From assembly GCA_044869275.1 (NCBI GenBank), contig JBIOXB010000197.1:1-64000 (forward strand): DNA of 64,000 bases, read 5' to 3'. Origin of the DNA: a bacterium (GTDB lineage Bacteria; Zhuqueibacterota; Zhuqueibacteria; Zhuqueibacterales; Zhuqueibacteraceae). Position 1 is the stretch's first letter, and each line of letters opens with the position of its first letter. The position numbers and the translations under genes were made by a program. Under the pieces are notes generated by a model. It ran no database searches, was not told where the DNA came from, and worked only from the letters and a program-made list of their open reading frames with translations. Of the stretch, positions 49,871 through 59,245 are shown piece by piece.

Positions 49871-50977
49871 TTAACGGTGCAGCAAGAAAATCAGCAGCAG
49901 GCGAGCCAGCACGTACGCGCAAATCAAGAGCAAGATGAAACGATACTGTTTAATATTGCGCCAGAGTTTTTCAAACCAGTTTTCCTGATAAGAGGAAACC
50001 GCGAGGCCGTCGAGAAAACGCCCGATGTCGAAGGCCAGTTCTCGCACGCCGGCATAACGTTGCGCTTTTTCTTCCGCCATGGACTGGGCGGCAATGGCAT
50101 GCAAGTATTTCGGGATTTTGGATCGCAATGAAGAGGCTTGAATGAAAGCTCTGGAAAGGCGAGGCATACGAGAAGCGCCAGCCGCCGCACGTGTGCCGGC
50201 TTCACTCTGAAGCAGGAATTTGAGAATTGCACCCAGCGCATAGACATCCGTGCGCTGGTCGATCTGATCGATCTCGCCCCGCCGTTGCTCGGGCGCCATA
50301 TACGCCGGCGTGCCCATGACCGTGCCGTGCCGGGTTTGATGCTGAGGGCCGGAGATGTGCGGGGCGCGGGTCGAGGATCGAGGATCGATGATCGAAGTTT
50401 GAGGGTCGGTCCCCGATCCTCGATCCTCGATTCTCGGTTTTTCAAGCACACTATCGGCAGGCAAAATCTTCGCCAGTCCCCAATCCATCACCAGCACCTC
50501 GCCGAACGCGCCGACCATGATGTTTTCGGGCTTGAGATCGCGATGAACGACGCCATTGGCATGGGCAAATGCAACCGCCTCGCAGATTTTTTGGAACACG
50601 CGCAGACGATCGGGCAGCTCACGAGGCGCACCGGCATATTGATCCAGGCGCTGGCCGTGCACGAATTTCATTACGTAATACACGCGGCCGTCCGGCAGCT
50701 CGCCGGCGTCGTGCACCGGCACAATGCCGGGATGCTCGAGCCGTGCAATGACGCGTGCCTCGCGCAACACGCGCACCGCCTGCTCGCCCGTGGCATCAGC
50801 GAGATGCATCACTTTCAGCGCCACCGGGCGCTGGAGCTGCACGTCTTCCGCAAGATAAATCGTGCCCATGCCGCCGCGGGAGAGTTTCTCCAGCAAACGA
50901 TACTTCGTTCCGCTCAGGTCGGGCGCTTCCGCCGCGACGCGCAGGCGATGCAAAACTTTATCCGAAAGCCAATGCAC
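49871..50977 (-). CDS. Hanks-type Ser/Thr protein kinase with C-terminal TM helix
   Basis: GGMG.IY, VALK, HPGIVPVH, HRDLKPEN, DWGLAK, GTPAYMAPEQ and DVYALG. GTG start inferred. Confidence 0.93.
   Translation of the reverse strand: MHWLSDKVLHRLRVAAEAPDLSGTKYRLLEKLSRGGMGTIYLAEDVQLQRPVALKVMHLADATGEQAVRVLREARVIARLEHPGIVPVHDAGELPDGRVYYVMKFVHGQRLDQYAGAPRELPDRLRVFQKICEAVAFAHANGVVHRDLKPENIMVGAFGEVLVMDWGLAKILPADSVLEKPRIEDRGSGTDPQTSIIDPRSSTRAPHISGPQHQTRHGTVMGTPAYMAPEQRRGEIDQIDQRTDVYALGAILKFLLQSEAGTRAAAGASRMPRLSRAFIQASSLRSKIPKYLHAIAAQSMAEEKAQRYAGVRELAFDIGRFLDGLAVSSYQENWFEKLWRNIKQYRFILLLICAYVLARLLLIFLLHR
50371..50436. repeat. Inverted heptamer tandem repeat inside the kinase CDS
   Basis: TCGAGGA/TCGATGA units followed by TCGATCC/TCGATTC units; 66 nt; encodes about RIEDRGSGTDPQTSIIDPRSST. 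Confidence 0.8.
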
Positions 50978-51109
50978 AGGTGATCGTTCTTGCTTCTCGA
51001 GGCTGGAATGTGGAAATGCCAAAGGATTGCCGGCAACAAAAAGAGAAAAAATCCCGCCAATCGCAATCAAATTCTCAATGGCTTTTTAGCAAGGCCCATT
51101 GCCTGCAGA

Positions 51110-52462
51110 TTACGGGTGGTGCAAGCTGATGGTCACGGCTTGCGAATCAGGAATGTCGTCATTCCAGCCCGCATTCGATCCCACGGCCGCGATCACGTCG
51201 AAATCTCCATCTTCGTCCAAATCCTTGCTTTTGAGACCCAGCAGTATAACTCTGTTTTCGGCCTGCGCGCAAAAGGCGAGATTGTTTCGAAATAGATTGG
51301 TGAAACGGCCAAGTTGCACACCGCGGGCGTCCGCGATTCCGGCGGTACCGCGAAACGCGCCGCCCGTGGTTTTGATCACCCAAACCGTGGCCAGCATGTC
51401 ATATTTAAAAGCGCGATTGCGGCCCCACCAATGCGCACCATTGCGTTGGTCGCGATCGGTATCCACCACCAAATTGATGCCGAAGGCATTGGCATTCGGC
51501 AGGCGCGCCAGATCCAGTTTGAACCACAGCGTGTCGGCGGGCTCGTCATAAAAATATGCTAACGCTTTGGCCTCCGCCCAAGCGGGGTTCCGGCCGTCGC
51601 CTTCGGCATCGCTCGCCAGAAAGGTCCAAGCCACGTCATGGAAAGCGCGGATTCCAGGCGGCGTTAACAATTGCGTCATCGGCAGCATCGCGCTTTTCAC
51701 GTATTCAAAATTAGGCTGAAGAACCAGCGCGGCTCGAAAAGCGCCTTCTGCTTCCTCGGCTTTCTCCATACCTAAATAGGCCTGGCCAAGAAACATGCAT
51801 GCCGTTGCCTGCCACCATTTTTTGTAGGCAGGATCCGGTTGTTGCCATTGCGCGCAGCGTTCCACCGCCAGTTGAAAGCGCGCCAGGCCTTGCTGCTGGT
51901 CTCCGCCGAGCTGCGGCGGTTTGTAAAAAAGATCGATCGCCTCTTCGAGCGTCACCAGAGGATGCTCCGGAGCAAGCGACCGGGCTTTCTGCAATGCGGC
52001 CTGGCTTTCCGGCCAAACGGTTTTGCCAGTGCCCGGATCCAGGGTGAAGCGCCAGTATTGGCAGCGGCGCGCGACGGCATATGCGTCGATCAAATTTTCC
52101 TTTTTCGTCGTCGCGTATTTGAGCTGCGCCAGCGCGTCCGCGATCATTGCTTTTGTCCCCTCGGCATTGTTGAAAGTCACAAACGCCATTTGCCAATGGG
52201 CGAACGCAATCAGATAATGCGCCCGCGCGGCGAGGGAATCATTATTGGCGATGCTTTCATTTTCCAAACTTCCTGCCAGGCGTTGTCGCACTTGCACGAG
52301 GCCTGCGCTGTCTGCCTTCATACTGGCTTCCAAAAGCTGCGCCTGGGCCTGCGCCAATTCATGCTCGGCTTGCCGGGTCCGGCAGGAAGTGAGTGCAAGC
52401 GCCGAACTGAAAAGAATTCCCCAACAAACATTGCATCGCCTCATTGCTTCGCTCCATGTCAT
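51110..52462 (-). CDS. TPR-like lipoprotein with C-terminal beta-rich domain
   Basis: Lipobox LTSC; helical repeats; C-terminal DAEGDG, VDTD.D..NG and WNDDIPD motifs. Confidence 0.75.
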   Translation of the reverse strand: MTWSEAMRRCNVCWGILFSSALALTSCRTRQAEHELAQAQAQLLEASMKADSAGLVQVRQRLAGSLENESIANNDSLAARAHYLIAFAHWQMAFVTFNNAEGTKAMIADALAQLKYATTKKENLIDAYAVARRCQYWRFTLDPGTGKTVWPESQAALQKARSLAPEHPLVTLEEAIDLFYKPPQLGGDQQQGLARFQLAVERCAQWQQPDPAYKKWWQATACMFLGQAYLGMEKAEEAEGAFRAALVLQPNFEYVKSAMLPMTQLLTPPGIRAFHDVAWTFLASDAEGDGRNPAWAEAKALAYFYDEPADTLWFKLDLARLPNANAFGINLVVDTDRDQRNGAHWWGRNRAFKYDMLATVWVIKTTGGAFRGTAGIADARGVQLGRFTNLFRNNLAFCAQAENRVILLGLKSKDLDEDGDFDVIAAVGSNAGWNDDIPDSQAVTISLHHP

Positions 52463-52632
52463 TCAGTTCGCAATAAAACTTTGAGTGAATTCAATGGTAT
52501 TGCCGTCCGGGTCGCGCACGGCAACGGATCTTCCTTCCTCCCCGGCCAAAACCTCACCCACCGGCGTTCCTCTTCCGGCGTACGCGTCGTTGCCAGGATG
52601 AGGCGGACCAGTGAGAATTGCAATGCTTTCAT
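52463..52632 (-). pseudogene. Internally deleted VOC/glyoxalase gene
   Basis: Start MKALQFSLVRLILA; in another frame ...RSVAVRDPDGNTIEFTQSFIAN*; length 170 nt (not a multiple of 3). Confidence 0.65.
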
Positions 52633-52687
52633 GGCTGCGGCTTTGCGAGCTTTCTCGAGAGAATATAAAGAAAAACGGCAGGAAAAT

Positions 52688-52711
52688 CGTCCGCGCCGGG
52701 AAGGCCGGACG
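52688..52711. promoter_or_regulatory. Inverted repeat CGTCCG-N12-CGGACG, candidate AraC operator
   Basis: Lies immediately after the AraC stop codon and before a TATATT -10-like element on the minus strand. Confidence 0.45.
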
Positions 52712-53896
52712 TCAAACCTTATCGGCTTTGACGTGCCGTTCGCGGAATTGGGAGGGCGTCATGCCGGTGAATTTTTTGAACGCGGTATTGAAGGAGGCTT
52801 TGTTGTTGAAGCCGACTTCGAGCGCCAGGCTCAAGATGGTGTAGGGTTGTTTGGCGGGATCGGCCAGCAGTTTTTTGGCTTCTTCGACGCGGTATTGATT
52901 GATGAAATCGAAAAAATTCTGCCCGCGCTTTTCATTGATGATTTGGGAAAGATGATGCGGTGCAATATCGAGCCGGTGCGCGAGTTCTTGCAGCTTGAGC
53001 GCACTATTGGCATACAGCCTTTCGCTCGCCATGGCGTGCAGAAGCTTGGACAAGTACGCCTCGGCGCGGGCAGGCGTGAGCGCGGATTTTTCGTACTTCG
53101 GCGCATGCTTGCGAGACAGTGCGCCGGAAAAAATCTCGGGCTGGCGCAGCGCCACGTAGCTGATGCCGTAAATCAACGCCGCCATGGACAGCAAGACCAG
53201 CGCATCGATCGCGCGGCTGTACGGCAAGCCCAGTTGCAACGCGGCCGAATACAACAGCGTCAAGAGCACGCACACGCCGAAGCCGAGCGTCAAGCGGCGC
53301 AACCAGCGCACACTTATTTTTTCGAGCGCAGGAAGACCTGCTTTGAGACTTTGCTCATCAGCTTGCAGCAAACGCAGGGTGAGCCCGGCGTAAAACAGCA
53401 TGTGAAAAACCTGCAGCAAGAAAAGCACAAAATACCGCCACTCCATCTCGGGATTCTCGACGGCAATGTACTTTTCCAGAATGCCGAGTTTGGTTTCCCG
53501 CGGCAGGCGATAAAAAGGTATGAGCCAGGCGAGATAGAGGAGAAATGGCACAAAGTGCCAAGCCCCAGTCTTTCGAAGTTCGACGTTTTCCGCAAGGAGC
53601 AGTCTGGCGTAAAAATAAAGCAGCGGGCCGAACAAAAAAGAGAAGGAGGCCGTGCTCAGCCAAAAATGCGGGAAGTCGTGGAGATACTTGCTCCAGTATC
53701 CCACGGTTTCCATCAGCCGCAGCGCAAACACAAAAATCAGCGCCGCCAGCACACGGTTGGCGCGGCAATTTCCGCGACGATGCGTCGACAGCACGGTCGC
53801 GAGAAACAGTCCTTGCGCTGCGGCAAAAAGCAGCAGCACGGCCCAGGTGTTCAGAGAAGGCTGCATAAAAACTGGCGAGGCAACAGGCGGCCTCAT
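52712..53896 (-). CDS. AraC-family regulator with multi-TM sensor domain
   Basis: About 7 TM helices; KYEKS.L, LSQIINE, NFFDFINQYRVEEAK, GFNNKASFN.AFKK.TGMTP. Confidence 0.92.
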   Translation of the reverse strand: MRPPVASPVFMQPSLNTWAVLLLFAAAQGLFLATVLSTHRRGNCRANRVLAALIFVFALRLMETVGYWSKYLHDFPHFWLSTASFSFLFGPLLYFYARLLLAENVELRKTGAWHFVPFLLYLAWLIPFYRLPRETKLGILEKYIAVENPEMEWRYFVLFLLQVFHMLFYAGLTLRLLQADEQSLKAGLPALEKISVRWLRRLTLGFGVCVLLTLLYSAALQLGLPYSRAIDALVLLSMAALIYGISYVALRQPEIFSGALSRKHAPKYEKSALTPARAEAYLSKLLHAMASERLYANSALKLQELAHRLDIAPHHLSQIINEKRGQNFFDFINQYRVEEAKKLLADPAKQPYTILSLALEVGFNNKASFNTAFKKFTGMTPSQFRERHVKADKV

Positions 53897-55506
53897 TCAT
53901 TTGAAAAAGACTCGCTCAGGGCTGCCACCTCTTGCAGCCGGCCCGCGACTGCTTTGCCGTTCAACGGAATTATCAAGCGTGATAATTCTGACTTGAGATA
54001 CGCATTGGGGTCGTGCTGCAGCGCGCCGGCCGGCAGCCACTCCCACAGCGGACCCAATTCATGCCGCACACGGTCGACGTAGAACTGCGGAATCTCCGTG
54101 GTCTCCTGCTCGAAGAAGCGCCGCAGCGGCAAGTCGGTCTCCAGGCGCTGGCGCATGGCGCTGTGATACTTGATGCGGCCAAAACCTTCCGACGACACCG
54201 CGCGCACCACGTTCATCCAGCGCGGAATCGCGGATTCCATCGCGGAGAAACGATTGCGGATCGCGCGCCAGGAAAAAGTATAACGCGTCAAGTCCGTGAC
54301 GTGGTCGTAAAACTCCGGCCAGCGATAATTTTTGGGCCGCACGTTCATGGCGTGATGGTTGTTCAAGAAGTGAAACGGAAAGGGCAGCACTCGTTGCTCG
54401 CGTTGATAGCCCAAATTAAGCTCGGCCGCCTGGCCGAAAGCCGAGAGCAGGGAATAGCCGGGAAACGCGGCCGGCGATAAATCCACGAAGCGCTTGGTCA
54501 GCTCGAACGGCTCTGCGCCCTCGTCGCTGTCGAGCCCGAGCACGAAGTTGGCCTGCACGTAGGGAATGTAGCGCATGATCAGATTGACGTGGTCGGCAAC
54601 CTGCCGCACTTTGTCCATCCCCTGTGCATTGCCGGTTTTGGATTTGTTGCCCAGATCGTACCAGGACTCGATGCCCGGCAGGATGGCTTTGAAACCGTTG
54701 CGCTGCAACCGTTTGAGATTGGGCTCTGCCAGCAGAGACAGGCTGCTTTCCGCAATGAAGTCGATGCGGTTCGGCGGCACGACTTCTTCGATGGCATCCA
54801 TGCACTCGTTAAAGCGCACGCCGAAATTGGGATCGTGCCAGCCCACGCGTGGCCGCTTCTGGTTTTGCAAAAGAAAGCGCAGGTCTTCTTTCATCACGCC
54901 GAGATCGAGCGGCTGGTAGGGCACGGCCGCGTCAATGCAGAAACTGCAGGTGTAAGGGCATCCCAAGCTGCCGAGCATGGGAACGATCTTGATCAATGGC
55001 GCCTTGCGCAGCGTGGGCTCGATGAACCTCCAGCGCTCGCGCACGCCCGGCAGCGCGAGCGGCTGCTGTCCAGCGTCCAAGCGCATTCCCAAAGGCCGGT
55101 GTTGGGAGCAATCCTGCAACAGATCGCGAACGACGTTCTTGTCGGTGAAACCAAGGACGTAATCAAAGTACTTCTGTGCGTCTTGGGGATAGCAGCGCGC
55201 ATGCGGACCACCCAGCACGGTGATCGCACCTCTTTTTTGGAAGAGATTGCTCAAGGCGTAGGCCAGCTGTGCCGCCTGCGTGAACGCGCCGATGAAGATG
55301 ACGTCCACGCGCTCGGGCAACTCTGCGAACAGGTCTTCAAAACCTGTGTAACATACGAAGTTGACGTCGTGCCCTTCTTCTTCGCACCAAAGCGCGATGA
55401 CTTGCGGCATGATGCTCGCCAGGTTGGCATTCATCACACGAGCGAATAAGGCGCGCGTAGGGGCTTTGGTAACGAGATCGATGACACCAATACGCAGCTT
55501 GCGCAT
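53893..55506 (-). CDS. B12-binding-domain radical SAM protein
   Basis: VLGGPHA cobalamin-binding-like domain; GCPYTCSFC; GIES; NFVLGLD.D. Confidence 0.85.
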   Translation of the reverse strand: MRKLRIGVIDLVTKAPTRALFARVMNANLASIMPQVIALWCEEEGHDVNFVCYTGFEDLFAELPERVDVIFIGAFTQAAQLAYALSNLFQKRGAITVLGGPHARCYPQDAQKYFDYVLGFTDKNVVRDLLQDCSQHRPLGMRLDAGQQPLALPGVRERWRFIEPTLRKAPLIKIVPMLGSLGCPYTCSFCIDAAVPYQPLDLGVMKEDLRFLLQNQKRPRVGWHDPNFGVRFNECMDAIEEVVPPNRIDFIAESSLSLLAEPNLKRLQRNGFKAILPGIESWYDLGNKSKTGNAQGMDKVRQVADHVNLIMRYIPYVQANFVLGLDSDEGAEPFELTKRFVDLSPAAFPGYSLLSAFGQAAELNLGYQREQRVLPFPFHFLNNHHAMNVRPKNYRWPEFYDHVTDLTRYTFSWRAIRNRFSAMESAIPRWMNVVRAVSSEGFGRIKYHSAMRQRLETDLPLRRFFEQETTEIPQFYVDRVRHELGPLWEWLPAGALQHDPNAYLKSELSRLIIPLNGKAVAGRLQEVAALSESFSNE

Positions 55507-55823
55507 TAGGGCTCCTGAGGAATAATGGGGGGGTGAGATACGTTTCTCGCGAGAAAACCGTTCTGCCCCAGGGCCGGAATGCCGTGAGTGGCCGTTTGTC
55601 CATCTTTTGTCGGGATTCTGCGAAGAGTCGAGTTAGGTGATGATCAACAAGATAGGGAAATGCAGGGTAAATTACCACTGTTGTTTTTAGTTTGGGTGAT
55701 ATCGGGTTTTCGGCACGCCGCGGTCAATTCTCCAAAGTTGTTAGAATAGAATGCGGATTTCCGGGAGGGGTTTTGATCACCATCATTGCCATGAGTTACT
55801 CAGAACCAATAGATGATTCGTGC

Positions 55824-56576
55824 TCACTTCAAATTCAATCCCAACACCGTCTGGGCCTCACTGTGAAATTCTTCATCGGTAGCTGTCAGTTCACGGAGCT
55901 TCTCCAACAAAATGCGGCGAAACTCGCGGCGCACGAGCGCGAGGTAGTTGGTCACGGTGCTGGCGGAAAGATCGAATTCTGCCGCAAGACGATCGTAGGT
56001 CAAGTGCTGCGCGCCGCTTTCGTCGAGATCATAGCGCTCGAAAAGCCGAAAATGCACCTGCCGGTTCCTGGCCTCGCATTCCACGCGCAGCGCTTCCAAG
56101 GCAAGGCCGAACAGGCTGCGCAGCCATTCCTTTTCAAAGTATGCTTCGGGGTTGTCATGATCCGCAATTTCCAGATGCCGCAACTCCCCTTCGGCGTTCT
56201 CAAAATCAAGCGCGACGAATTGTGCGCCGCCGCCGCGTTTGAGGCGCTGCGCCGCTTTGTTTTCATTTGCCACGTAGCCGTCGAGGCAGGTGCGTAAAAA
56301 CGTGCGAAAACGCGCTTTGGCCGGGTCGTAGTTTTGGAAATAACCCTTCTGCAAAGCCTGCATGAAAAATCCTTGCGTCAGATCTTTGGCGTCTTCATTC
56401 GATTTGCTCCATTTCAGGCGCAGGTATTTGTACACCGGTTTCCAGTAGGCGGCAATCAAAATTTCGAAGGAACGCTGCCGCTCGGCGGCGTTGGCGCTGC
56501 GCGTGGCGAGAATCGCAGACCAGCGCGTGCGCGGGAACTGGTCTTGCGGGCCGCCGATGAGGGTGTCGTCAGGCAT
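55824..56576 (-). CDS. ECF sigma factor of the kinase-associated type
   Basis: FP.TRWS, YWKPVY.YLR, AKDLTQGFF, RFRTFL and KRGGG; C-terminal helical extension. Confidence 0.88.
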   Translation of the reverse strand: MPDDTLIGGPQDQFPRTRWSAILATRSANAAERQRSFEILIAAYWKPVYKYLRLKWSKSNEDAKDLTQGFFMQALQKGYFQNYDPAKARFRTFLRTCLDGYVANENKAAQRLKRGGGAQFVALDFENAEGELRHLEIADHDNPEAYFEKEWLRSLFGLALEALRVECEARNRQVHFRLFERYDLDESGAQHLTYDRLAAEFDLSASTVTNYLALVRREFRRILLEKLRELTATDEEFHSEAQTVLGLNLK

Positions 56577-56725
56577 CTCGTGACTGGAGTATTGGATGAA
56601 TGGATTTTTAGATTAGCTGGTCCATAAAAATAATACTTGACTGCCGGCAGAAACGCAAATGTTTTTCTGGATTCACAGAAGATAGGCTTGCTTTCTTCGC
56701 GGATCGCGTCAAATATTCGGTTCAC

Positions 56726-57217
56726 ATGAAAGCTTATTTTTTGCTCTACATCTTAATCACATTGGCGTACACCATAGGCTGGGCGCAAGAGACACAAGAG
56801 AAACCCAAGAAGCCCCGTCCTACTGCGGTAGCGCCCACGTGAAGCGGCTGACCCGGCGAGGGCGGTCCGCTCCGTGGGAGCGGCTTGGAAACGAAATGGA
56901 TGTTCTCCGCGCGTTTCATCGATACCGAGCTTGAGCGGCCGCGCTGCCGAAGAATCTCGCGTTGCGGCCAATGTATGACGGCGACCGCTCGCATGTGATG
57001 CTGACTTATTCGTACCGGCAAATGAGCCTTGCGCGGCAAGGTGGTGCTGCTGGATTTTTGGGCGACGTGGTGCAAGCCTTGCGTGAAAAGCATGCCGGAG
57101 CTGCAAAAGCTGCACGAGCAATATTCGTCGCAGGGGCTGGTGGTTTTGGGCATTACCATCGATGAACAAGCCGAGAAAAAAGTGCCGGCATTTTTGGAGA
57201 AAAACAAAATTACATAA
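56726..57217 (+). pseudogene. Decayed secreted TlpA/thioredoxin-like gene
   Basis: Signal peptide MKAYFLLYILITLAYTIGWA followed by in-frame stops; fragment RGKVVLLDFWATWCKPC...NKIT* at 57029-57217. Linkage of the two parts is inferred. Confidence 0.7.
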
Positions 57218-57218
57218 G

Positions 57219-57540
57219 TTATGACAAGCTTTCTTTCTTCGCCACCCGCTTCGCCATGTAAATATCCGGCTTGCACTTCAGGATTCACCACCGGCGGGTG
57301 AAGTTCCCACACGCGGCCGTCATACATTTTAATCCCGCCAATCCATCCTAAAACTCTTCCGTTATCATCCACTGCAATCCGGCTCAGGCGATCTTGGTGG
57401 AATGATTCCTCCACTTCGCGCCGCGCCGATTCGAGATCTGGCCACGCTTCCGGCCAGTGTGCGCGGAATCCTTCGTGAAGCAGTTGCGCTGTTTGTTCGA
57501 TCAAGCTCTTTTCTTGCGGTACCAGGTCGATCATGCGCAT
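57219..57540 (-). pseudogene. AAC(6')-I-like GNAT with internal deletion and frameshift
   Basis: N-terminal part ...GWIGGIKMYDGRVWELHPPVVNPEVQ; the shifted frame gives the family C-terminus KPDIYMAKRV...*; acetyl-CoA-binding core is absent. Confidence 0.8.
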
Positions 57541-57700
57541 AAAATTTTCCAAAATAACTCTTGCATAAAATACAGAATGTTTTAGCTTTGGTGAACAAGA
57601 ATACAGCTACTGTTTATCTTTAAAATCGAACGAAGCATTCTCATCTCCAATAGCAGGCGAAATAATTGTTCGCGAGTGACTATTCAGCTCATGAAAGAAA

Positions 57701-57787
57701 TGTAAACGGATTAAGCGGATTGAACGGATTGTGATTCTGAAAAAACCAGGTTTCTGAAATCCGCTTTATCCGCTCAATCCGCTTACA
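57701..57787. repeat. Inverted nonamer repeat cluster
   Basis: TGTAAACGGATTAAGCGGATTGAACGGATT ... AATCCGCTTTATCCGCTCAATCCGCTTACA. Confidence 0.8.
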
Positions 57788-57895
57788 TGAAATAGGAGCT
57801 GAATAGTTATGTTCGCGATTGCAATGGGTTTTGTTGCGCACGCAGACTTTGAGCAGCCTATTCTGCGTTCTTTACCCAAATCGTCCCGGACAATT

Positions 57896-59116
57896 ATGAA
57901 TCTCCCTCCTCGCAAAGGCCGCGGCACCACACTCAATCCCGTAAACCGCTTTGAACCGATCGCGATCGATTTCGATCCGGAATGGCTGGAAGGCGGAGAA
58001 ACGATTTCCAATCAAACCGTCTATTACGACGACACCAGCCGCACGATTCTGTCCAAAAACGACAGCCCGGACATTGGTTTCGTGCACAGCTTGAATCCCT
58101 ACCGCGGCTGCGAGCACGGCTGTGTGTACTGTTATGCGCGCCCTTCGCACGAGTACTTTGGCCTGTCCGCGGGATTGGATTTTGAGACCAAGATCATGGT
58201 GAAGCGCGAGGCGCCGAGGTTGCTGGCGGAGACCTTTCAAAGCCGGAGCTGGAAGCCGCAAGTAATCGCGCTCTCCGGCAATACGGATTGCTATCAGCTT
58301 GCCGAACGCCAATTGCGAATCACACGGGCCTGTCTCGAAGTGTTCCTGCGCTTCCGCAATCCCGTGGGCATCATCACCAAGAATGCGCTGATCCTGCGCG
58401 ACCTCGAGGTGTTGCAGGAACTAGCCCGGCTGCAATTGGTGCATGTCGCCATTAGCGTGACGACCTTGGACAACCGCCTATGCCGCAAGATGGAACCGCG
58501 CACTTCGACGCCGGAAAAAAGACTGGAGGCGCTGGCGCGACTCGCTGCGGCCGGCATTCCCACCAGTGTGAATGTCGCGCCGGTCATTCCGGGATTGACG
58601 GATCACGAAATGCCGGCGATCATTGCTGCTGCGGCCGAGTGCGGGGCGGCGCATGCGGGCTTCATCATGCTGCGCCTGCCGTATGCCTTGAAAGAACTCT
58701 TCGTCAACTGGCTGCACACGCACCTTCCCGACCGCGCCGAAAAAGTGCTAAATGCCATTCGCGACGTGCGCAATGGCAAGCTCAACGACCCCAACTTCGG
58801 TGCGCGCATGAGCGGCCAGGGCGAACGCGCCGAAGCACTCGCCCGATTGTTCGAGGTGGCCTGTCAGAAACATGGCCTGAATCAGGAAAGACAGGTGCCG
58901 TTGCGCCTGGATTTGTTCCGGAGAGCCGAGGCCCGGCAGACAGAGCTATTCGACCACGAGAACCAGCCGGTGGCGGACAGCGCCTGGCCAGCGGCTGGTT
59001 TTGGCCAGAGCTCCTTTCGAGAGCAGCTTGAATCCGGGGCAAAAACTCCTTCCGCCGCTTCCTCCCCGGCCTCACCGCGTGTGCATGAGGATTTGAACAT
59101 GAACCGCCATCCATGA
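57896..59116 (+). CDS. PA0069/Rv2578c-family (SPL-like) radical SAM protein
   Basis: KGRG...NP.NRF, NPYRGCEHGCVYCYARP.H, DFETKI, SGNTDCYQ and MEPRT motifs. Confidence 0.9.
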   Translation: MNLPPRKGRGTTLNPVNRFEPIAIDFDPEWLEGGETISNQTVYYDDTSRTILSKNDSPDIGFVHSLNPYRGCEHGCVYCYARPSHEYFGLSAGLDFETKIMVKREAPRLLAETFQSRSWKPQVIALSGNTDCYQLAERQLRITRACLEVFLRFRNPVGIITKNALILRDLEVLQELARLQLVHVAISVTTLDNRLCRKMEPRTSTPEKRLEALARLAAAGIPTSVNVAPVIPGLTDHEMPAIIAAAAECGAAHAGFIMLRLPYALKELFVNWLHTHLPDRAEKVLNAIRDVRNGKLNDPNFGARMSGQGERAEALARLFEVACQKHGLNQERQVPLRLDLFRRAEARQTELFDHENQPVADSAWPAAGFGQSSFREQLESGAKTPSAASSPASPRVHEDLNMNRHP

Positions 59117-59245
59117 GAATAACTTCATAACTTCAAACGCAGTTCCTAAGCAGCGAGCCATTACAACTTTCCGCTTGCACTTCCGTATAATTCTTGCGAT
59201 TTTTGATGTTATGCTATGCCATCACTATTGAGGACGGGAAGGGAC

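Noticed and set aside
51839..54082. 747-aa plus-strand ORF
   Set aside because: It is the antisense shadow of the AraC and TPR genes and has no recognisable motifs.
53893..55506. RiPP cluster around the B12-radical SAM gene
   Set aside because: I found no convincing precursor peptide, peptidase or dedicated exporter nearby; the short ORFs in 55507-55823 lack a clear RBS or precursor features.
56814..56860. In-frame TGA codons as selenocysteine in the TlpA-like remnant
   Set aside because: They are not at the redox motif (WCKPC uses Cys), and the region shows other signs of decay.
56746..57552. 268-aa ORF as a real GNAT fusion protein
   Set aside because: Only the first ~90 aa are GNAT-like; the rest is read-through antisense to the TlpA remnant.
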